Assembly: GCA_965261735.1 (NCBI GenBank)
Contig: OZ253470.1
Location: forward strand, 1,728,001 to 1,792,000
Direction: 5' to 3'
DNA: 64,000 nucleotides
Origin: Alphaproteobacteria bacterium
GTDB taxonomy: Bacteria; Pseudomonadota; Alphaproteobacteria; SHVV01
Part shown: positions 13,092 through 23,714 of the stretch, one piece after another
How positions within the stretch are numbered: position 1 is the first letter of the stretch
Layout: each line of letters starts with the position of its first letter
Notes under the pieces: model-generated
The model's input: only the letters and a program-made list of their open reading frames with translations
What the model was told of the DNA's origin: nothing
Database searches by the model: none
Position numbers and translations under genes: made by a program

Positions 13092-13904
13092 ATGACGGGA
13101 GACTCGGGGGCGCCCGGCCGTGTCCTCCTCGTCGCCGGTTCCGATTCCGGCGGTGGTGCCGGAATCCAGGCCGACATCAAGACCGTCACCGCACTCGGCG
13201 GCTATGCGGCCACCGCGATCACGGCGCTGACCGCGCAGGACACCAACGCCGTACATGAGATCTTCGCGGTCCCGGCGGCGTTCGTTGCCCGCCAGATGGA
13301 GGTCGTGCTCGCCGACATCGGCGCCGACTGCATCAAGACCGGCATGCTGCACAACGCCGAGGTCATTACCGCGGTGGCCGACACGCTCGAGCGCGCGGCC
13401 GGCGATGTTCCGCTCGTCGTCGATCCCGTCATGGCGGCGAAGGGCGGGCACTTGCTGCTCGAGCCGGAGGCGAGCCAGGCGCTCAAGGCGCGGCTCTTTC
13501 TGCGCGCGACCATCGTCACGCCCAACATCGAGGAGGCGACGTTCCTGACCGGCGTGTCCATCGCCTCGCGCGAGGACATGACGCATGCCGCCGCTATGCT
13601 GCTAACGCTTGGACCTCAAGCCACGCTCGTCAAGGGCGGTCACCTTCCCGGCGATACCCTCTACGACGTGCTCGCCGGCGAGGACGGAATCGAGGTGTTC
13701 GAATCGCGGCGCATCGAGACACGCCACAACCACGGTACCGGATGCGCTCTGGCATCGGCCATCGCTATCGGGCTGGCGCAAGGCGCGAACGTGCGCGCTG
13801 CGGTGGTTCGTGCGCGCGCCTTCGTCCGCGCCGCGCTCGCCCACCCGCCGGGCTTCGGAGCCGGTCACGGCCCGCTCGATTTCACGCATACGGTGAGGCG
13901 GTAA
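13092..13904 (+). CDS. thiD: Hydroxymethylpyrimidine/phosphomethylpyrimidine kinase
   Basis: AGSDSGGGAGIQADIKT, IKTGML, VDPVM, HGTGC, GAGHGP. Confidence 0.96.
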   Translation: MTGDSGAPGRVLLVAGSDSGGGAGIQADIKTVTALGGYAATAITALTAQDTNAVHEIFAVPAAFVARQMEVVLADIGADCIKTGMLHNAEVITAVADTLERAAGDVPLVVDPVMAAKGGHLLLEPEASQALKARLFLRATIVTPNIEEATFLTGVSIASREDMTHAAAMLLTLGPQATLVKGGHLPGDTLYDVLAGEDGIEVFESRRIETRHNHGTGCALASAIAIGLAQGANVRAAVVRARAFVRAALAHPPGFGAGHGPLDFTHTVRR

Positions 13905-14016
13905 CCGAGCGCGGCGCCGCCCCGCCGCGGAGGCTGGGCGGGTCGGCAAGTTAAGAAAGCGGGTATAAGTTCACACGAAACTGGGGCGGCGCGCAGCCGG
14001 CTGGGGGGCTCGTAGA

Positions 14017-15747
14017 ATGAGGCGGTTCGGAAGCGCGCTAGCCTTGAGCCTGGTTCTCGTGCTTGGGCTAGCCGCGGTGCAGGCCCAGGAGGTGCAGGTC
14101 GGGGTGACGGCGGCGGTCAACCCGGCGATCACGGGTAAGCCGCCGATCTCTGACAAGCGCGCGCTACTGGTCGGCACCAACGTCTTCCATGACGAACTCA
14201 TCGTGACCGAGGCCACGGGCCAGGCGCAGATGCTGTTCCTCGACGAATCGGCGCTGACCATCGGGCCCAACTCGGAAGTGGTGCTCGACGAGTACGTTTA
14301 CGACCCCGAGCAGAAGACGGGCCGGCTCGTGCTCAACGCGACCAAGGGCGTGTTCCGGCTGGTCGGCGGGCGTACCACCAAGAAGACGCCGGTGGTGCTG
14401 AACACGCCGACGGCGACGATCGGCATCCGCGGCGGCATCAGCATCATCAACGTGGCCGCGAACGGGGCGACGGACGCGACGTTCCTGTTCGGCGATTCGA
14501 TGTCGGTGACCAGCGGCGGCGTAACCAAGCAGGCGCTGCGGCCGGGCTATACGATCAGCGTGGCGGCACCGGACGCGGCACGCTCGGACCCCGCGCCGAC
14601 GACACCGGAGACGCTGAACGCGGCGCTCGGCTCGCTCGAGGGCTCGGGCGCGGCGACCGATGACGAGGGCGTCCCCCAGGACGAGGACGTGGCCGCGAGC
14701 GGCGTGGGCGAGCTCGGCTCTGACAATGATCCCGATGCGGTGGCCCCGGGCGGCGCAGGTTCGCCGGGCGACGCGGTGGCCGCGGCGGGCGCGACCGATA
14801 AGGCCGAGGGCACCGGCGACATCGACGAGACCAGCCAGTTGATCGTGACCGAGGAGATCGCGGGCGGCATCACCATCAGCGGCACCCTGGGAGGCCGCAT
14901 CAAGCACGCCACCAACCCGCTGCTCGGCACCGATGACACCAGCCCCTCGTTCAACCTCGCCTTCGCCGGCGCGACCGTCTCGAACGGCATTTTCGACGTC
15001 GAGATCGCGAGCCGCTTCACGGCACCGATTAAGGCCGGGAGCTTCACGGTCACAGCGACCGAGCAGCCCTTCGGCTCGGGCGTCCTGACCGGCAACGGCT
15101 TCCTCACCAGCGATCAGGAGTTCGTCATCTACGAGCTCACCGACCAGGGCGACGGCCACAAGATCGTCGGTTGGGCCGGCGTGCCGACGACGATCTTCCC
15201 GACGACCGGCGCCACCTTCTACAACTTCCGCCGCGACTTCGTGATGGACTCGGACGTCCCCTTCGTCTCCAAGGCTTCCGGCGGCAGCAGCATCAGCAAT
15301 CTCGACACGGCCGAGGCCGACGCGGCGATCTTTTGGGATACCAGCGGGTCGTCCTCCGCGCTGCGCCCGTTCGGTGCCCGCTTCGGCGGCCTCAGCGGCG
15401 AGGGCGCCAGCCAACAGTCGGTGATCAGCCTTTTCATCGGCGAAGTCAAGACCCTCAGTGGGGAGACCTTTATCCAAGGGCGTATGAGTGGCTCGTCGCG
15501 CGTCAGCGGCGAGGCGCGGAGTCATTTCCTTACCGCTCCTTTTGCCACCTCACATGATTGTGCCTCGCCGACAAACGACTTCTACGGCGGCACCTCGCCC
15601 GACTACTTCGTATTGGAGGGCGACCCCAACGTCATTGACCGGCTCGGTACCTCGGAAGTGCTGTCGCAACCAAACAGCATCGCGCTGGCCACCACCAACA
15701 CTCTCGGTGGGTGTGGGTCTGGTATGGGTCTGGTATGGAGAATCTAA
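14017..15747 (+). pseudogene. Secreted FecR-domain protein, 3'-truncated by an IS at 15709
   Basis: Signal peptide; FLDES.LTIGPNSEVVLDEYVYDP...TPTATIGIRG FecR motif; last ~12 codons and the stop are IS sequence. Confidence 0.75.
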
Positions 15748-17354
15748 GTCATTGATTTAGTGCGTTTTTGTGTCGAGACGAACGGCCGAAAACGGCTATT
15801 CGTGACAATGGGCCGCTCCAAGGCAGGATTTTGTCACGACGGCAGGGTCGAGCAGGGGAAGGTGGGAACGCTCCGCACCGCCAGAAGCGGTACGATGCCG
15901 TGTCTCGAAACCCAACATCGGGAGCATTCCCATGGCAGTATCCCGCCTCCGGCGCCTTCGTCCATCGATCTTTCCGGCCTGCCTCCTCGGGTCGTCGAGG
16001 CGGCCGCCCGGGTGCTCGCACTGTGTCGCGAGGAGCTTCGTTCCGAGCCGCGCCCCGAGGCGCCCGAGGAGGTCGAGTTGCGGGTGCGTGAGGCCACGAA
16101 CGAGTTCGCTCGCGATGTCATGGGCGCCGTCATCGAGAACCGGGACGATGGCGCTTCCCGGATCGAGCGGGACGGGCAGAGCTGGTTCCGGGTCGCGGTG
16201 ACGCCGAAGACGATCATGACCTCGCTCGCCTACCGGCGAGCGCGTTACCGCAGCGGCGCGAGCGGGGCATCGCCGGTGGCCGGTCGACGAGAGCCTGGGC
16301 CTCGTCGACGATTACCTGACGCGGCCGGCGGCCGAACTCGGTCTGCTGATGATGGGTCGCTGCACGGCCCGGGAAGCGGCGGCGTTCTTTGCGAAGACCG
16401 GCGCCATGACGCCGTCGGTGAGCGCCTGACCCTGAGCATTCACGAATGCTGGGAGAGCCTCGGCCCGGAGACGCTGGGCAGCATCCGTGAGGCCGAGGGC
16501 ATACCGCAGGACGCGACCACCGCCTCGGTCTCCCTCGACGGCGTCATGGTGCCGCTGAGACCCGGCGAGGACGGTCGCGCCAAGGCCTCCTGGCGCGAGG
16601 CCGCCTGCGGCACGGTCTCCTTCCACGACGCCGAGGGCAAGCGCCTGAAGACCCTCTATCTCGGCCCCATGCCGGAGAGCGGCAAGCTCACGCTGAAGGC
16701 GCAGCTTGCAAGCGAAGTCGCACACATCAGGCGAGCACGCCCCGAGATCGGGATCGTCGCTATCGCCGATGGCGCCGCCGACAACTGGACCTTCCTGGAG
16801 ACCCTGTCGCCCGAAACCGAGGTGATCGACTTCTGGCATGCTTGCGAACATCTGCAAACCGCGTCCGACCATGCCGTGGCGCCCGGCTGGTTCGAGAAGT
16901 ACCGCGAGATCCTCCGTCACGATCCCCGTGGCGTCGCCAAGGTGATCCGGGCGCTGCGCCACCTTCGCGATGCCGCCGCTGCGCCGGACCGGGCCGAGAC
17001 CGAGCGGGAACTCGCCTTCTTCCGCAAGCATCGCCATCGCATGCGCTACCACGCCCTGAAGGAAGAGGGCATCGCCATCGGCTCAGGCGTGGTCGAGGCT
17101 GCCAACAAGATCCCTGGTGACACAGCGCATGAAGCGCTCCGGCATGCGCTGGCGGATCGTCGGCGGACAGGCTGTTCTGACCTTCCGCGCCCTGATCAAA
17201 TCCGGCCGCTTCGAGCGCGCATGGAAGGCCCTGATCAGCGCAACCGACACACCGGCCAACGACAACATCAGTCCACGTGCAGCAGCCATGGCAATCGCTG
17301 CCTGAACTCAACGAACCAAGCCGCAGACATCACTGCCATGCGAGACTCGCACCC
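15709..17354 (+). mobile_element. ISKra4-like element with frameshifted transposase
   Basis: Imperfect IRs GGGTGTGGGTCTGGTATGG / GGGTGCGAGTCTCGCATGG; transposase motifs ADGA..NW, DFWHA.EHL, IGSGVVEAANK, QRMKRSGMRW. Confidence 0.8.
15896..17305 (+). pseudogene. ISKra4-like (UPF0236-type) transposase, frameshifted
   Basis: Conserved blocks switch frame near 16270, 16420 and 17110. Confidence 0.75.
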
Positions 17355-17356
17355 GG

Positions 17357-17855
17357 TGCATCGGCGTTTGGGAAAGGTCGCTGACGCCCGGCAAATACTA
17401 CATCAACCAGCGCGCCTTCACGGTCACGATGGTGGATACCCGCGTCCAGACCTGGGAGTACAAGGGCGGCTATCGCAGACGGATCATCGATCTTAGCGTG
17501 AACCAGAAGGGCGATATCGCCCAATCCGAGCGGTCGGAAACGATCAGCGTCCCCAGTAGCGCTGTTGGTGATGCGTTGCTGGTCAAGGTCGAGGGGTGGG
17601 ACGTCCGCCAAGAGCTTCGCGTTCTGGTTCAGGTCACGCCCGAGAATGCGCCCTATGTCGTTGCCTCTGTCGGAACTCTCGAGGACGTTGAAACGCGCAT
17701 CCTCACCCCCGCCATCCGTTCCGTGGTCCGGAACGTATTGGGCAGCACGATCCATCTGTCGAGACCGGTCACGGACAGCGAGGGCAATACCTTGCTGGAC
17801 AGCAGCGGTAATCCGAGATTCGAGACGGTCAGGCGTCCTACGGTGGTCATCAATG
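17357..17855 (+). pseudogene. Internal fragment of a probable SPFH/band-7 domain protein
   Basis: Open frame CIGVWERSLTPGKYYIN...VRQELRVLVQVTPENAPYVVASVG...ILTPAIRSVVRN; both ends cut by IS termini. Confidence 0.6.
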
Positions 17856-18960
17856 CTTGCCTATCCGGTTTACACCCACACCCACTAGGGCTAGAATGGG
17901 CGCAACCCGGATATAGGGGAGCGCGCCATGGATGTTCTCGACCGCGCCGATCTCCCATTCCCGCATTCGCTACCCGAGTTCCAGCGACTTTTCCCCGATG
18001 ATGCGGCCTGCGCCGCCTACCTGGAGAAAGCCCGCTGGGGAGACGGCTTTGCCTGCCCGCACTGCGGCACGGCGGGAGAGCCGTTCCACTTTGAAAACCG
18101 CCCTGGCGTCCTGCGCTGCCGCAAGTGCCGCCAGAACACCGGGCTGACGGTGGGAACAGTGATGGAGCGTAGCCACACTCCGCTGAACGTCTGGTTCTGG
18201 GCCGCTTATCTGGTCGCCAGTCAGACGCCCGGCATGTCCGCCGTGCAGTTTCAGCGGCAACTTGGTCTTTCGCGCTACGAGACGGCCTTTCAAATTCTCC
18301 ACAAGCTCCGCTCGGGCATGGTGCGGCCCAACCAAGACAGGATCGGTGGACAGCCCAAGAACCATGTTGAGGTGGACGAAACCTGGGTTGGCGGGCGAAC
18401 GCGTGGGGAAGGCCGTGGTGTTCACCACAAGGTTCCCGTCTCCTGTGCCATCGAGGTGCGTCATCGAAAGCCGGGCACCAAGCTCGACAACCGGAAAGAC
18501 GGACGCTATGCCGGACGCGTTCGGCTCGCCGTCGTGCTCGACCGTAGCGCCGAGTCGCTCTGTGGGTTCGTCGAGAGCACCGTCGCGCCGCGATCGCTGA
18601 TCGTTACTGACGATTGGAGCGGCTATGCTGGCCTCGGTAAGCGCGGCTATGAGCACTTCGCTGTTGCCGAGTGTGGTGATCCAGAGGTTGCCGAGCAATA
18701 CCTGCCGATCATCCATCTGGTTTTCGCCAACCTGAAGACGTGGCTGATCGGTATCCACCACGGCGTTAGCCACCAGCACCTACAAGCCTACCTCAACGAG
18801 TTCACCTTCCGCTTCAACAGGCGGTTCTACCCGTTCAACGCCTTCCGCTCATTGCTCGGCATCGCGGGCGACACCTCTGCTCCAACCTATGCCGAGCTTT
18901 ACTCGGGAGAGTGGCGGCACCCTACATGTAGCGGTCATGGGCGTTAACCGGACAGGCAAG
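17856..18960 (+). mobile_element. IS1595-family element (type 2), copy A, no TSD
   Basis: IRs CTTGCCT(A/G)TCCGGTT; near-identical to 25769-26873; flanks CATCAATG and CCTTGAGG differ. Confidence 0.93.
17928..18947 (+). CDS. IS1595-family transposase
   Basis: CPHC..CRKC Zn ribbon, VEVDET, VTDDW.GY, YLNEFTFRFNRR. Confidence 0.94.
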   Translation: MDVLDRADLPFPHSLPEFQRLFPDDAACAAYLEKARWGDGFACPHCGTAGEPFHFENRPGVLRCRKCRQNTGLTVGTVMERSHTPLNVWFWAAYLVASQTPGMSAVQFQRQLGLSRYETAFQILHKLRSGMVRPNQDRIGGQPKNHVEVDETWVGGRTRGEGRGVHHKVPVSCAIEVRHRKPGTKLDNRKDGRYAGRVRLAVVLDRSAESLCGFVESTVAPRSLIVTDDWSGYAGLGKRGYEHFAVAECGDPEVAEQYLPIIHLVFANLKTWLIGIHHGVSHQHLQAYLNEFTFRFNRRFYPFNAFRSLLGIAGDTSAPTYAELYSGEWRHPTCSGHGR

Positions 18961-18987
18961 CCTTGAGGCTGGTTAGGTGCAAGTAGA

Positions 18988-20381
18988 GGTTGTGTCTCGA
19001 AAGTGGTGGAAATTGGTTTTGGCGCCTCTCCGAGCGGGTTGAGTTTTGCGGCGGTCAGGCTGCGCGGTCAAGGGTTTCGTCGGCGATTAGCTGATCGAGG
19101 GTTTCCCATCCATCGACTTTGCGCATCTGGATTTGGCCGGAAGCGAGGAGTGCCCAGAGGAGCATCGGCACTGTTTCGGGACACGGCAGCACGGTCTGTG
19201 TTTTGATCCGGCGCTTGAACTCCTCGTTGAGACGCTCAATGGCGTTGGTCGTTCGGGCTGATTTCCATTGGCTCTTGGACAGGCGCGTGAAGGTAAAGAG
19301 CTTGTCGCCCGCTTCTGCGAGGCTGTCCGCGACGGCCCTGCATTTCAGCCGCCACTTGCGGACAAACGCCTTGCGGCGGGTTTCCACCTCGGAGGCAGTG
19401 TCGGCATAGATCATATCGCGGTAATCTTCGCTCAGCTCGTCATGCATGTGTTTGGGAGCATGACCCAGAAGGTTGCGGTGCTTGTGCACGGTGCAGCGTT
19501 GAACGGGAAGGTCATCGCCCCAAAGCGCCGACAGAGCCGCCTCCAGTCCCGGCGCGCCATCGACGATGACAAACCCGGGCCGTTTCAGTCCACGCGCATC
19601 AAGGTCGTCGAGGAACTGGCGCCACGCCGCCTGGCTTTCTCCGCCCATATTCCCGATCGAAAGCAAGACCTTCTGGCCATCCCGGCGCACCCCTATAGCC
19701 GCGAGAACCGAGATGTTGGTGGCCTTGCGGTCCAGTCGGGTCTTGATCACAGTGCCGTCAAGGATCAGCCGAACGATATCCTCATCCGCGAGGCCACGGC
19801 TGCACCAGGCGTCCCAATCGACCTTCACCTTGCGCCACGCCCGGCTCACAACGTCCTTGCTCACAGCACCCCGGAAGAGCCCGAACAGCGCGCGTTTCAC
19901 CCGCCGCGTGTTGGTTCCGGACAGATACACCGAAGCGATCAGCGCCTCGGCCTTTCTGGTCAGCCGCTGGTAGCGCGGCAGCGCCCGCGAACGCCATTCC
20001 GACGCCCGACCGTCTTCCTCAACGATCCGCGCACGCGGCACGCTCACCCTCTCGGTCCCGAATGTCCCCGTCAGTTGCCGCTCCCGGTGCCCGTTCCGAT
20101 ACCCTTGCCGAAGCGCGTCCTCTCGACCGTATCGGCAGCGCCCGAGAAACTGCGCAAGTTCCTCCTCAAAAACGGCCTCGATCGTGGATCTGATGTTCTC
20201 CCGCAGCCGGTCCTCGAGCGGATCATAGCCGGCGTCATTGGCCAGTAGCGAAAGCGCGGAAGTCTCGGTAGTGTTCTTCATGGCGTGATCTCCTTGGCGG
20301 TGCTAGCCGCCGATTGGGTGGTTGTCTTGTCACCCGGAGATTACGCCATCCTCAAATTTCCACCACTTTCGAGACACAGCC
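18988..20381 (-). mobile_element. IS256-family element (type 1) nested inside an IS1595 remnant
   Basis: 27-bp IRs GG(T/C)TGTGTCTCGAAAGTGGTGGAAATT; 8-bp TSD CAAGTAGA at 18980-18987 and 20382-20389. Confidence 0.94.
19055..20281 (-). CDS. IS256-family transposase
   Basis: GYRNG.R.R, LILDG, IVDGA.GL, QRCTVH..RN, TTNAIERLNEEFKRR. Confidence 0.95.
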   Translation of the reverse strand: MKNTTETSALSLLANDAGYDPLEDRLRENIRSTIEAVFEEELAQFLGRCRYGREDALRQGYRNGHRERQLTGTFGTERVSVPRARIVEEDGRASEWRSRALPRYQRLTRKAEALIASVYLSGTNTRRVKRALFGLFRGAVSKDVVSRAWRKVKVDWDAWCSRGLADEDIVRLILDGTVIKTRLDRKATNISVLAAIGVRRDGQKVLLSIGNMGGESQAAWRQFLDDLDARGLKRPGFVIVDGAPGLEAALSALWGDDLPVQRCTVHKHRNLLGHAPKHMHDELSEDYRDMIYADTASEVETRRKAFVRKWRLKCRAVADSLAEAGDKLFTFTRLSKSQWKSARTTNAIERLNEEFKRRIKTQTVLPCPETVPMLLWALLASGQIQMRKVDGWETLDQLIADETLDRAA

Positions 20382-20689
20382 CAAGTAGATAGCAAAGACC
20401 CACTTGCGGAGAGGGATATGCGACTTGTGCATCACTGTCCCGGTCTTGACCGAGAAGTAGCCGCGACAGTCCGAGCACCGATAGGGCATGTTGTTATGGC
20501 CGGCCTCGTGGGTGTGTGTGCTCCCACAGTGGGGGCAATGCCTACCGCTTGGCCAGACACGGGCCTCAAACCACTCGCGCGCGCTTCCCTCGGTGGGAAA
20601 CATGTCGCAAAGCTGCACTAGAGTGATGCCTTCACGGTCTGATTTTCCTGGAGATTGATGGGCCATTGATCTCGTCTCCCTATGCTCTG

Positions 20690-20718
20690 AATATAGGGAT
20701 TCATGGGCCCCATGTCAA
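20690..20718 (-). promoter_or_regulatory. Near-consensus sigma70 promoter for the type-3 IS1595 transposase
   Basis: Minus strand TTGACA-17 nt-TATATT, then GGGAG RBS and ATG at 20666. Confidence 0.6.
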
Positions 20719-22295
20719 TACAAGCTTATAAGCCCCTTTTTTTGCCAGCGGCGGTCGACGGAGGAGGGGATGCGCATCGCCTCGCGGTACTTGGCCACCG
20801 TACGCCTGGCGATTTCGATGCTGGCGCTGTGCAAGATTTCGACAATCTTATCGTCCGACAGAACCGCCCCGGGTGATTCGTTGTCGATGAGGTCACGGAT
20901 GCGATGGCGCACGGATTCGGCGGAGTGGGCCTCGCCGCCGGCCGATGAGGGGATCGCGGAGGTAAAGAAGTACTTCATCGGATAGATGCCGCGCGGCGTG
21001 GCGATGTACTTGTTGGAGGTGACGCGGCTCACGGTGCTCTCGTGCATCTCGATGACCTGCGCGATGTCGCGCAAGTTCAGCGGCCGCAGGTGATCGACGC
21101 CGTGGGTGAGGAATCTGTCCTGCTGCGCCACCAACTCGGTCGCGACCTTGAGGATCGTGTTGGCGCGCTGGTCGAGCGACTTGAGGAGCCAGCTCGCGGA
21201 CTGGAACTGTTCGGTAATGTAGGTCTTGTCCGCCTGGCTCTTGGCGAGGCCGTTGATGCGCCCGTAGTAGGTGTGGTTGACTAGGAATCTGGGCAGGGTG
21301 TCGCTATTGAGCTCGATATGCCAACCGCCGTCGGTCGCGGGCCGTACGAACACGTCGGGCGTTACCGTCTGAATCGTCTCGTTGTGGAACGCGAGCCCGG
21401 GTTTGGGGTTGAGAGTGCGGATCTCGGCCAGCATGTCGTCGATGTCGTCGGTATCGACGCCGCACAGCTTGACCAGCGCGTTCGTGTCCCGGTGGGCGAC
21501 CAGGTCGAGATGCTCGAGGAGCGTCGCCATTGCCGGATCGAGGCGGTCGCGGTCCTTCAGCTGCAGCGCCAAGCACTCCGCGAGGTTGCGCGCGAGCACC
21601 CCGGGCGGGTCGAACTCCTGCAGCTTTGCCAGCGTGTCTTCGACCCGGGTCAGCTCGCAGCCGACGCGCTCGGCGATCGACTCGAGGTCGCCGGTGAGAT
21701 AGCCGGCGTCGTCGAGCAGGTCGATCAGATTGGCGCCGATCAGCCGGTCGACCGGATCGACGACGTCGACATTGAGCTGGCCGGTCAGATGCTCCCTGAG
21801 GCTGATGGCGCGGCTCAGGCTCTGCTCGAAGCCGCCGTCGTCGAAGGTATGCGAGCCGCCGCGCCCCGCCGGTTGACCGCCCGCGTAGTTTGCGTCGTAT
21901 CCGGCTTCGGGACTGGCCGGGGCGGCCACCGGCTCTTCGCCTCCGTAGGCGGTCGCGTAGTCGACGTCGAGCGGCGCGTCATTGTCGGCCGGCATCGTTT
22001 CGCGATCCGAGAGCTGGGCGCTGTCAGGCGGCGTCACCTCGGCGTCGCCGGCCGCGCGGTCCCCGGCCTCGCCGCCGCCTTCTGATCCCGCCGCTGCTTC
22101 CTCGCCGCCGCCGGGCTCGGCCTCGTCACGCTCGGGCTCCTGGTGCTCGAGCAGCGGGTTACGCTCCAGCTCCTGCTCGACGTAGGCGGCGAGTTCGAGG
22201 TTAGACAGTTGCAGCAGCTTGATCGCCTGCTGCAACTGCGGCGTCATGACCAGCGTCTGGCTCTGTCGCAGCTCCTGCTTGGGGGTCAGCGCCAT
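20715..22295 (-). CDS. rpoN: RNA polymerase sigma-54 factor
   Basis: MTPQLQQAIKLLQL, HESTVSRVT, RpoN box ARRTVAKYRE. Confidence 0.97.
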   Translation of the reverse strand: MALTPKQELRQSQTLVMTPQLQQAIKLLQLSNLELAAYVEQELERNPLLEHQEPERDEAEPGGGEEAAAGSEGGGEAGDRAAGDAEVTPPDSAQLSDRETMPADNDAPLDVDYATAYGGEEPVAAPASPEAGYDANYAGGQPAGRGGSHTFDDGGFEQSLSRAISLREHLTGQLNVDVVDPVDRLIGANLIDLLDDAGYLTGDLESIAERVGCELTRVEDTLAKLQEFDPPGVLARNLAECLALQLKDRDRLDPAMATLLEHLDLVAHRDTNALVKLCGVDTDDIDDMLAEIRTLNPKPGLAFHNETIQTVTPDVFVRPATDGGWHIELNSDTLPRFLVNHTYYGRINGLAKSQADKTYITEQFQSASWLLKSLDQRANTILKVATELVAQQDRFLTHGVDHLRPLNLRDIAQVIEMHESTVSRVTSNKYIATPRGIYPMKYFFTSAIPSSAGGEAHSAESVRHRIRDLIDNESPGAVLSDDKIVEILHSASIEIARRTVAKYREAMRIPSSVDRRWQKKGLISLY

Positions 22296-22307
22296 GACGG
22301 TGGCCGT

Positions 22308-23108
22308 TTAAAGCCTGAAGCGATCCCCCAGATAGACGCGCCGAACGTCCTCATGGGTGACGATCTCCGAGGGCACGCCCTCCATGAGCACGCGACCCTC
22401 GTGGAGGATGTACGCGCGGTCGATAATGTCCAGGGTTTCGCGCACGTTGTGATCGGTGATCAGCACGCCGATGCCGCGGTCCTTCAAGTGCGAGACGAGG
22501 TCGCGGATGCCGCCGACAGCGATCGGGTCGATCCCCGAGAGGGGCTCGTCGAGCAGCATGAAGCTGGGCCGCGACGCCAGCGCGCGGGCGATTTCGACTC
22601 GCCGGCGCTCGCCGCCCGAAAGGCTGAGCACCGGAGTCGTTCGAAGATGGCTGATGGAAAACTCGCCGAGCAGATCCTCGAGCATGACCTCGCGCTTGTC
22701 GCGCACCGGCTCGACCACCTCGAGCACCGCCCGAATGTTGTTCTCTACCGAGAGGCCGCGGAAGATCGAGGCTTCCTGCGGCAAGTAACCGATCCCGAGG
22801 CGGGCGCGACGGTACATCGGCAGATCGGTCACATCGTGCCCATCGAGCGCGATGCGCCCGTAGTCGGGCATGATCAGTCCGGTGATGATATAGAAGCACG
22901 TCGTTTTTCCGGCACCATTTGGGCCCAACAATCCAACCGCCTCGCCCCGATTGACGGACACGCTCACGTCGCGCAAGACAGGGCGCTTGCGAAAGCGCTT
23001 GCCGAGATTCTGGGCCGTCAGGCCACGATTGTCAGCCACCAGCTGAGGCCCCATGGACGACTCGTCGCTCGGCTCGCCTAACTTGGTACGGTTATTGCTG
23101 CTAAGCAT
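22308..23108 (-). CDS. lptB: LPS export ABC ATPase LptB (start uncertain)
   Basis: [43 protein letters not shown]. Confidence 0.96.
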   Translation of the reverse strand: MLSSNNRTKLGEPSDESSMGPQLVADNRGLTAQNLGKRFRKRPVLRDVSVSVNRGEAVGLLGPNGAGKTTCFYIITGLIMPDYGRIALDGHDVTDLPMYRRARLGIGYLPQEASIFRGLSVENNIRAVLEVVEPVRDKREVMLEDLLGEFSISHLRTTPVLSLSGGERRRVEIARALASRPSFMLLDEPLSGIDPIAVGGIRDLVSHLKDRGIGVLITDHNVRETLDIIDRAYILHEGRVLMEGVPSEIVTHEDVRRVYLGDRFRL

Positions 23109-23157
23109 TAACAAATCGTTGAGAAGTTGGGTGTGGCGCGTTCACCATTCGCCCCGT

Positions 23158-23712
23158 TTACTTGCTTTGTTTCTGGCCCGGAACGAAGCGTCCGCGTACG
23201 CGGCCCTGCGCTCCGCCCGCGGGAGCACCCTCGATCCTGCTCTCGCCGGTGACAAGGTTCAACACCAATCGCGCTCCGCGAATGACGTTCTTATCGCGCG
23301 TCAGAACGACCGAGCCGATCAAAGTGATGCTTTCCGAGTCGACGTCGTAGACGCCGTGGTCGCCCTGCGCCGTCTCCTGGGGTGAGGAGACGAAGACATT
23401 GCCGGTCGCGTCGATGCGTGAAATGCGGGGCGGCGTCGAACCTTCCGCCTGGGCGTAGTGAACCGTGACCTCATCCGCAGTGAGCCGCAGCGTACCTTGG
23501 GCGGCGGCGACGCTACCGCGAAACACGGCTGTCTTCTGGTCCTGCTTGACCTCGAGGCTGTCCGCCGTGATCTCGATGGGAAGGCCTCGGTTGCCGAGGC
23601 TGGGCCCGGTTTGCGCGTGCCCCGCCGCGGCGCCGAGCGCGAGGGCGGCCAACACGACGAGGGCGTGGCGAACAGCTCCCGTGGCGAGCGGTGCTTCGCG
23701 TAGTCTCCCCAC
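23158..23712 (-). CDS. lptA: LPS transport periplasmic protein LptA
   Basis: PIEITADSLEV...AVFRGSV...GRVRGRF OstA-like; synteny. Confidence 0.92.
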   Translation of the reverse strand: MGRLREAPLATGAVRHALVVLAALALGAAAGHAQTGPSLGNRGLPIEITADSLEVKQDQKTAVFRGSVAAAQGTLRLTADEVTVHYAQAEGSTPPRISRIDATGNVFVSSPQETAQGDHGVYDVDSESITLIGSVVLTRDKNVIRGARLVLNLVTGESRIEGAPAGGAQGRVRGRFVPGQKQSK

Positions 23713-23714
23713 CG

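Larger units (their letters stand above)
18961..20666 (-). pseudogene. IS1595-family transposase (type 3) remnant, interrupted by IS256 and truncated by IS1595 copy A
   Basis: MAHQSPGK...CPHC...CSDC...WVFAIYL resumes in frame beyond the IS256 as HLTSLK(G) at 18979-18961, then meets copy A. Confidence 0.85.

Noticed and set aside
15706-17357. GGT on both sides of the ISKra4-like element as a TSD
   Set aside because: Only 3 bp, and the two flanks belong to different genes, so it is probably coincidental.
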